From an uncultured Porphyromonadaceae bacterium (lineage in GTDB: Bacteria > Bacteroidota > Bacteroidia > Bacteroidales > Muribaculaceae), in contig CAMWNP010000002.1 of the NCBI GenBank assembly GCA_947175645.1, positions 96,835-160,834 of the forward strand: DNA of 64,000 bases, given 5' to 3'. The notes beneath the pieces are model-generated. The model saw only the letters and a program-made list of their open reading frames with translations. It did no database searches and had not been told where the DNA came from. Positions 61,343-64,000 of this stretch are shown here, piece by piece. The translations under genes and the position numbers were made by a program. Every line of letters starts with the position of its first letter. Positions within the stretch are counted from its first letter, which is position 1.

Positions 61343-61939
61343 TTAGTTTGTTTTTACCTCACACTCGGCAAGCAGCTCCTTGGCCATGTCTGCCTCTGCC
61401 TGTTTCTGCGTTTCCGCAGCCACATCTTTGCTGGCAGGCTTTAAGCCTCGGTCTACAAGGCTCTGCTTGTACCTGCCCAAATAATCTGCCACATCGGCAT
61501 CTTCGGGAATGGTTACAAACTCCATGTCGGCCTCTGTAAGACCCAGCTTTTTGGTCTCGGTGGCAATGAGGTTGTCGCGGTTGCTCTTTGCGAGCTGTGC
61601 CTGCAACTGGGAAATAGTTGTGGCCTGCTCATCAAATTTGGTTTGGAACTTGGCGGTTACTGCCTCCACAATAGCCTCCACGTTGGCCTCAAGCGGTTTC
61701 TCGGTGGGCGGTGTTGCAGGGGGAGTGTTAGGCTTTTTGCCCTGCGCCCATCGGGTAGCCTCGGCCTGCATGGCTTTAAGGACAGGCAGGTACTCATTTG
61801 CGCGTTGCTCAATAGCCTCATCGGTCGCATCTTCTCCCAGCCCATTGCTTGCTATGGTGGCAATTTGCTGGATAGAATCCTTGGAAAGCCCCATGTCCGT
61901 GCATTTGGCCTCCAATACCTGTAAAAGTTTTTTCTTCAT
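61343..61939 (-). CDS. Copy of 3706..4302 (scaffolding-like)
   Basis: Exact copy, offset +57,637. Confidence 0.5.
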   Translation of the reverse strand: MKKKLLQVLEAKCTDMGLSKDSIQQIATIASNGLGEDATDEAIEQRANEYLPVLKAMQAEATRWAQGKKPNTPPATPPTEKPLEANVEAIVEAVTAKFQTKFDEQATTISQLQAQLAKSNRDNLIATETKKLGLTEADMEFVTIPEDADVADYLGRYKQSLVDRGLKPASKDVAAETQKQAEADMAKELLAECEVKTN

Positions 61940-62170
61940 TGCTCTACTTGCTTTAAGTGTTCGCTGCAAAGGTAATCAGTAATTTAATATGCGTACAAAT
62001 ACTGAACGCCTAATTTTTGAAAGTAATTCAACCTCAATTCACTGCGAATATTGTTAAAGACTGTTAAATATTGCGGATTTTTGGCTTGAAAGTTTGGTAT
62101 CTTAATTCTTTCCACTAACTTCGCAGCGTACAAAATATGAACGCTTTTAGAAAATAAAAAAATCAAATAT

Positions 62171-62689
62171 ATGTTACAGCACGAATTTGAGAGCCGCGTA
62201 GGCATTGAGGTAAGCGCAAAAGAGTATGCCGCCATTGAGCAGGTTTACATGAGCAGCGATGTAGAAAAGGATGAGTTTTGCAAGCTGTGGGCAAAAATGA
62301 ACCGTGTGCGCATTGCCAATGCTAAAGCCCAGCAAAAAGCCGCCGCCCAGTTTAAGGCACTCCGCATTGAGGAACAGGTAATTGTAAAAATGCTGGAGTT
62401 AGCAGAGCAGCGAGCTAACAACACAGGCTGCACGCTCCCTGTTAGCGACACCAACATTGATGCAAACAAGGTACGCGCACGCTACGAAGAAGCAGACGGC
62501 TTTACGGTGTATTTGGTATTGCGTGATACAGGAGCCGCAATTACTCACACCTATACAGAGGCCATGAATGAGGCAAAGGCTTTTAGCTCAAGCAATCCTA
62601 CGGTTTATGAGTTTTTTGGCAACCGCACACTTAACCATGGCTACTACAAAGTTGCTGGCTACACCTCTAACCCGAAACAAATATTTTAA
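62171..62689 (+). CDS. Copy of 4534..5052 (hypothetical)
   Basis: Exact copy, offset +57,637. Confidence 0.6.
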   Translation: MLQHEFESRVGIEVSAKEYAAIEQVYMSSDVEKDEFCKLWAKMNRVRIANAKAQQKAAAQFKALRIEEQVIVKMLELAEQRANNTGCTLPVSDTNIDANKVRARYEEADGFTVYLVLRDTGAAITHTYTEAMNEAKAFSSSNPTVYEFFGNRTLNHGYYKVAGYTSNPKQIF

Positions 62690-62708
62690 CACATAAATAC
62701 TTACAGCT

Positions 62709-62939
62709 ATGATGATGTGCAGTGTATATGACAAGACCACCCAAAAGAGCGAAACCTTTTGCAGCGTGGCAGCCGCTAAAAAACGTATGAAACAACTCCT
62801 CAAAGAGGGGCATGAGGTAAGCGGCAGTAAGACTAAAGTTTACTCAAACGGCGATTGGGTACCGTGCGGAGAAATAACCCTTACAGGCTCCAATGCCGTA
62901 TTTGTAGCCAATACCAAACAAACTAAAGCAGGATATTAA
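62709..62939 (+). CDS. Copy of 5072..5302 (hypothetical)
   Basis: Exact copy, offset +57,637. Confidence 0.5.
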   Translation: MMMCSVYDKTTQKSETFCSVAAAKKRMKQLLKEGHEVSGSKTKVYSNGDWVPCGEITLTGSNAVFVANTKQTKAGY

Positions 62940-62946
62940 CTAACAC

Positions 62947-62967
62947 GGGGCTGGGCTGGCCAGCCCC
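62947..62967 (+). terminator. Copy of the stem-loop at 5310..5330
   Basis: Exact copy, offset +57,637. Confidence 0.45.
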
Positions 62968-62982
62968 ATAACAAACAAAAAT

Positions 62983-63216
62983 ATGAACGCAGCACGCAGA
63001 AAAGAACTTAACAAGCTCATTGAGCAGCTTGAGGATATTAAGAGCCAAATTGAAAACCTCCAGCAGGAGGAACAGGACTCATACGACAACCTCCCCGAAA
63101 GCCTACAGGACAGCGAGCGTGGCGAGCGTATGCAGGAGGCCGCAGATGAGCTGGAGAATGCAGCCAGCAGCGTAGATGAAGTAATTGACTACATTAACAA
63201 CGCAATAGAGCAATAA
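62983..63216 (+). CDS. Copy of 5346..5579 (hypothetical acidic coiled coil)
   Basis: Exact copy, offset +57,637. Confidence 0.55.
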   Translation: MNAARRKELNKLIEQLEDIKSQIENLQQEEQDSYDNLPESLQDSERGERMQEAADELENAASSVDEVIDYINNAIEQ

Positions 63217-63218
63217 CC

Positions 63219-63422
63219 ATGGCAAAGAGAGTTAAGGCAAAGGCTCGCGTAAAGGTTATAACCGAATTTGGCAAATGGTGCCTTATGGAGATACGCGGCC
63301 TCAAGGAGGGCACAGAGCTTGAGGGCAGTTACAACCCTCGCAACAAAGCATTTGATTTTAGCTGGAATGGGCAAGACGCTATGCTTTGGGTAGGGCAAAA
63401 TGCAGAACTAATAACAGAATAA
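63219..63422 (+). CDS. Copy of 5582..5785 (hypothetical)
   Basis: Exact copy, offset +57,637. Confidence 0.5.
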   Translation: MAKRVKAKARVKVITEFGKWCLMEIRGLKEGTELEGSYNPRNKAFDFSWNGQDAMLWVGQNAELITE

Positions 63423-63426
63423 CAAT

Positions 63427-63858
63427 ATGGCACAGGAAAGAAATAACACAGCCCTTGTGGCTACCACGCTCACGGCAGAGCAACAGCAGTACCTCAACGA
63501 CATGGCCGCTTATGGCAAGAGGTTGCAAGAGTTAGCCTACAACTCGGTAGGCAAATGGGTGGCGGCAGGCTATGCCGATGGCAGAAATAATGTTGCAGGT
63601 ATGTATTGCTATTGCGGCATGGGCAAAGGTTACAAGGGTGCGCCCATTGTGCCTGCCAGCGGTAATGCTGTAGTGTTTGCCTCAAAGGAGGCTGCCCAGC
63701 GTAAAGCCAGCCAGCTCAAGTATCAAAACGGCAGAGGCGAGCGCATACGGCTCACGGTAATACCTGCAAACGATTACTTTTGGCTGCTCTTTGATGATTT
63801 ATGCAATACCATGAGCGTAGCAGAGCGCATGATGGTAGAGAACAATAAAAGCAAGTAA
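63427..63858 (+). CDS. Copy of 5790..6221 (hypothetical)
   Basis: Exact copy, offset +57,637. Confidence 0.55.
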   Translation: MAQERNNTALVATTLTAEQQQYLNDMAAYGKRLQELAYNSVGKWVAAGYADGRNNVAGMYCYCGMGKGYKGAPIVPASGNAVVFASKEAAQRKASQLKYQNGRGERIRLTVIPANDYFWLLFDDLCNTMSVAERMMVENNKSK

Positions 63859-63865
63859 TAATACT

Positions 63866-63889
63866 GGGGCTGGAGTAGTAGCCAGCCCC
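63866..63889 (+). terminator. Copy of the stem-loop at 6229..6252
   Basis: Exact copy, offset +57,637. Confidence 0.45.
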
Positions 63890-63904
63890 ACAACACAAAT
63901 AACC

Positions 63905-64000
63905 ATGGCAAGAGATAGCAAAACAAAGCAGCTTAACGCACAGCTCCAAATAGTACGCCTTGATGGCCTCAAGTTTAAGGCACCCCTCGGCACAGCCAGC
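63905..64000 (+). CDS. Partial copy of 6268..6534 (hypothetical), cut by the window edge
   Basis: Exact copy of the first 32 codons, offset +57,637. Confidence 0.5.
   Translation, partial: MARDSKTKQLNAQLQIVRLDGLKFKAPLGTAS

Larger units (their letters stand above)
57638..64000. repeat. Right copy of the exact 6,363-bp direct repeat (same as 1..6363)
   Basis: Offset +57,637. Identical ORF translations throughout. Confidence 0.95.

Overview
The window is one complete temperate phage genome. It looks siphovirus-like: a 1,732-aa tape measure and no sheath gene. The host is probably Bacteroidota, judging by the integrase type, the WLLTGxGxMF repressors and the near absence of Shine-Dalgarno sites. 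The sequence is circularly permuted or concatenated: bases 1..6363 are identical to 57638..64000, so the unit is 57,637 bp.

Most genes are on the minus strand:
- Packaging and head genes: TerS, TerL, portal, a MuF head protein, then scaffold, capsid and neck genes. A 5.8-kb plus-strand accessory island splits this block.
- Tail genes: major tail protein, chaperone with a likely -1 frameshift, tape measure, Dit-like and Tal-like proteins.
- A diversity-generating retroelement (DGR).
- Lysis genes.
- tRNA-Arg plus a tyrosine integrase.
- A CI/Cro-like switch.
- A recombination and replication module.

The main finding is the DGR. It has a DGR-clade reverse transcriptase, a 106-nt template repeat (TR) and two variable repeats (VRs) that differ from the TR almost only at TR adenines. 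VR1 ends a tail-fibre-like gene next to the TR. VR2 lies 12.6 kb away in a small non-structural gene inside the recombination/replication operon, which is unusual. No Avd accessory gene is recognisable.

Other notable items:
- The MuF protein ends in an ADP-ribosyltransferase-like domain, and an ADP-ribosylglycohydrolase gene lies 1.5 kb away.
- A SAM-decarboxylase-like gene overlaps a DNA methyltransferase gene.
- An iteron-type origin sits inside the replication gene.
- Integrase arm-type repeats flank the tRNA.
- Several conserved intergenic elements occur, plus one long nested inverted repeat.

All functional calls come from reading motifs and gene order by eye. No database search was run.
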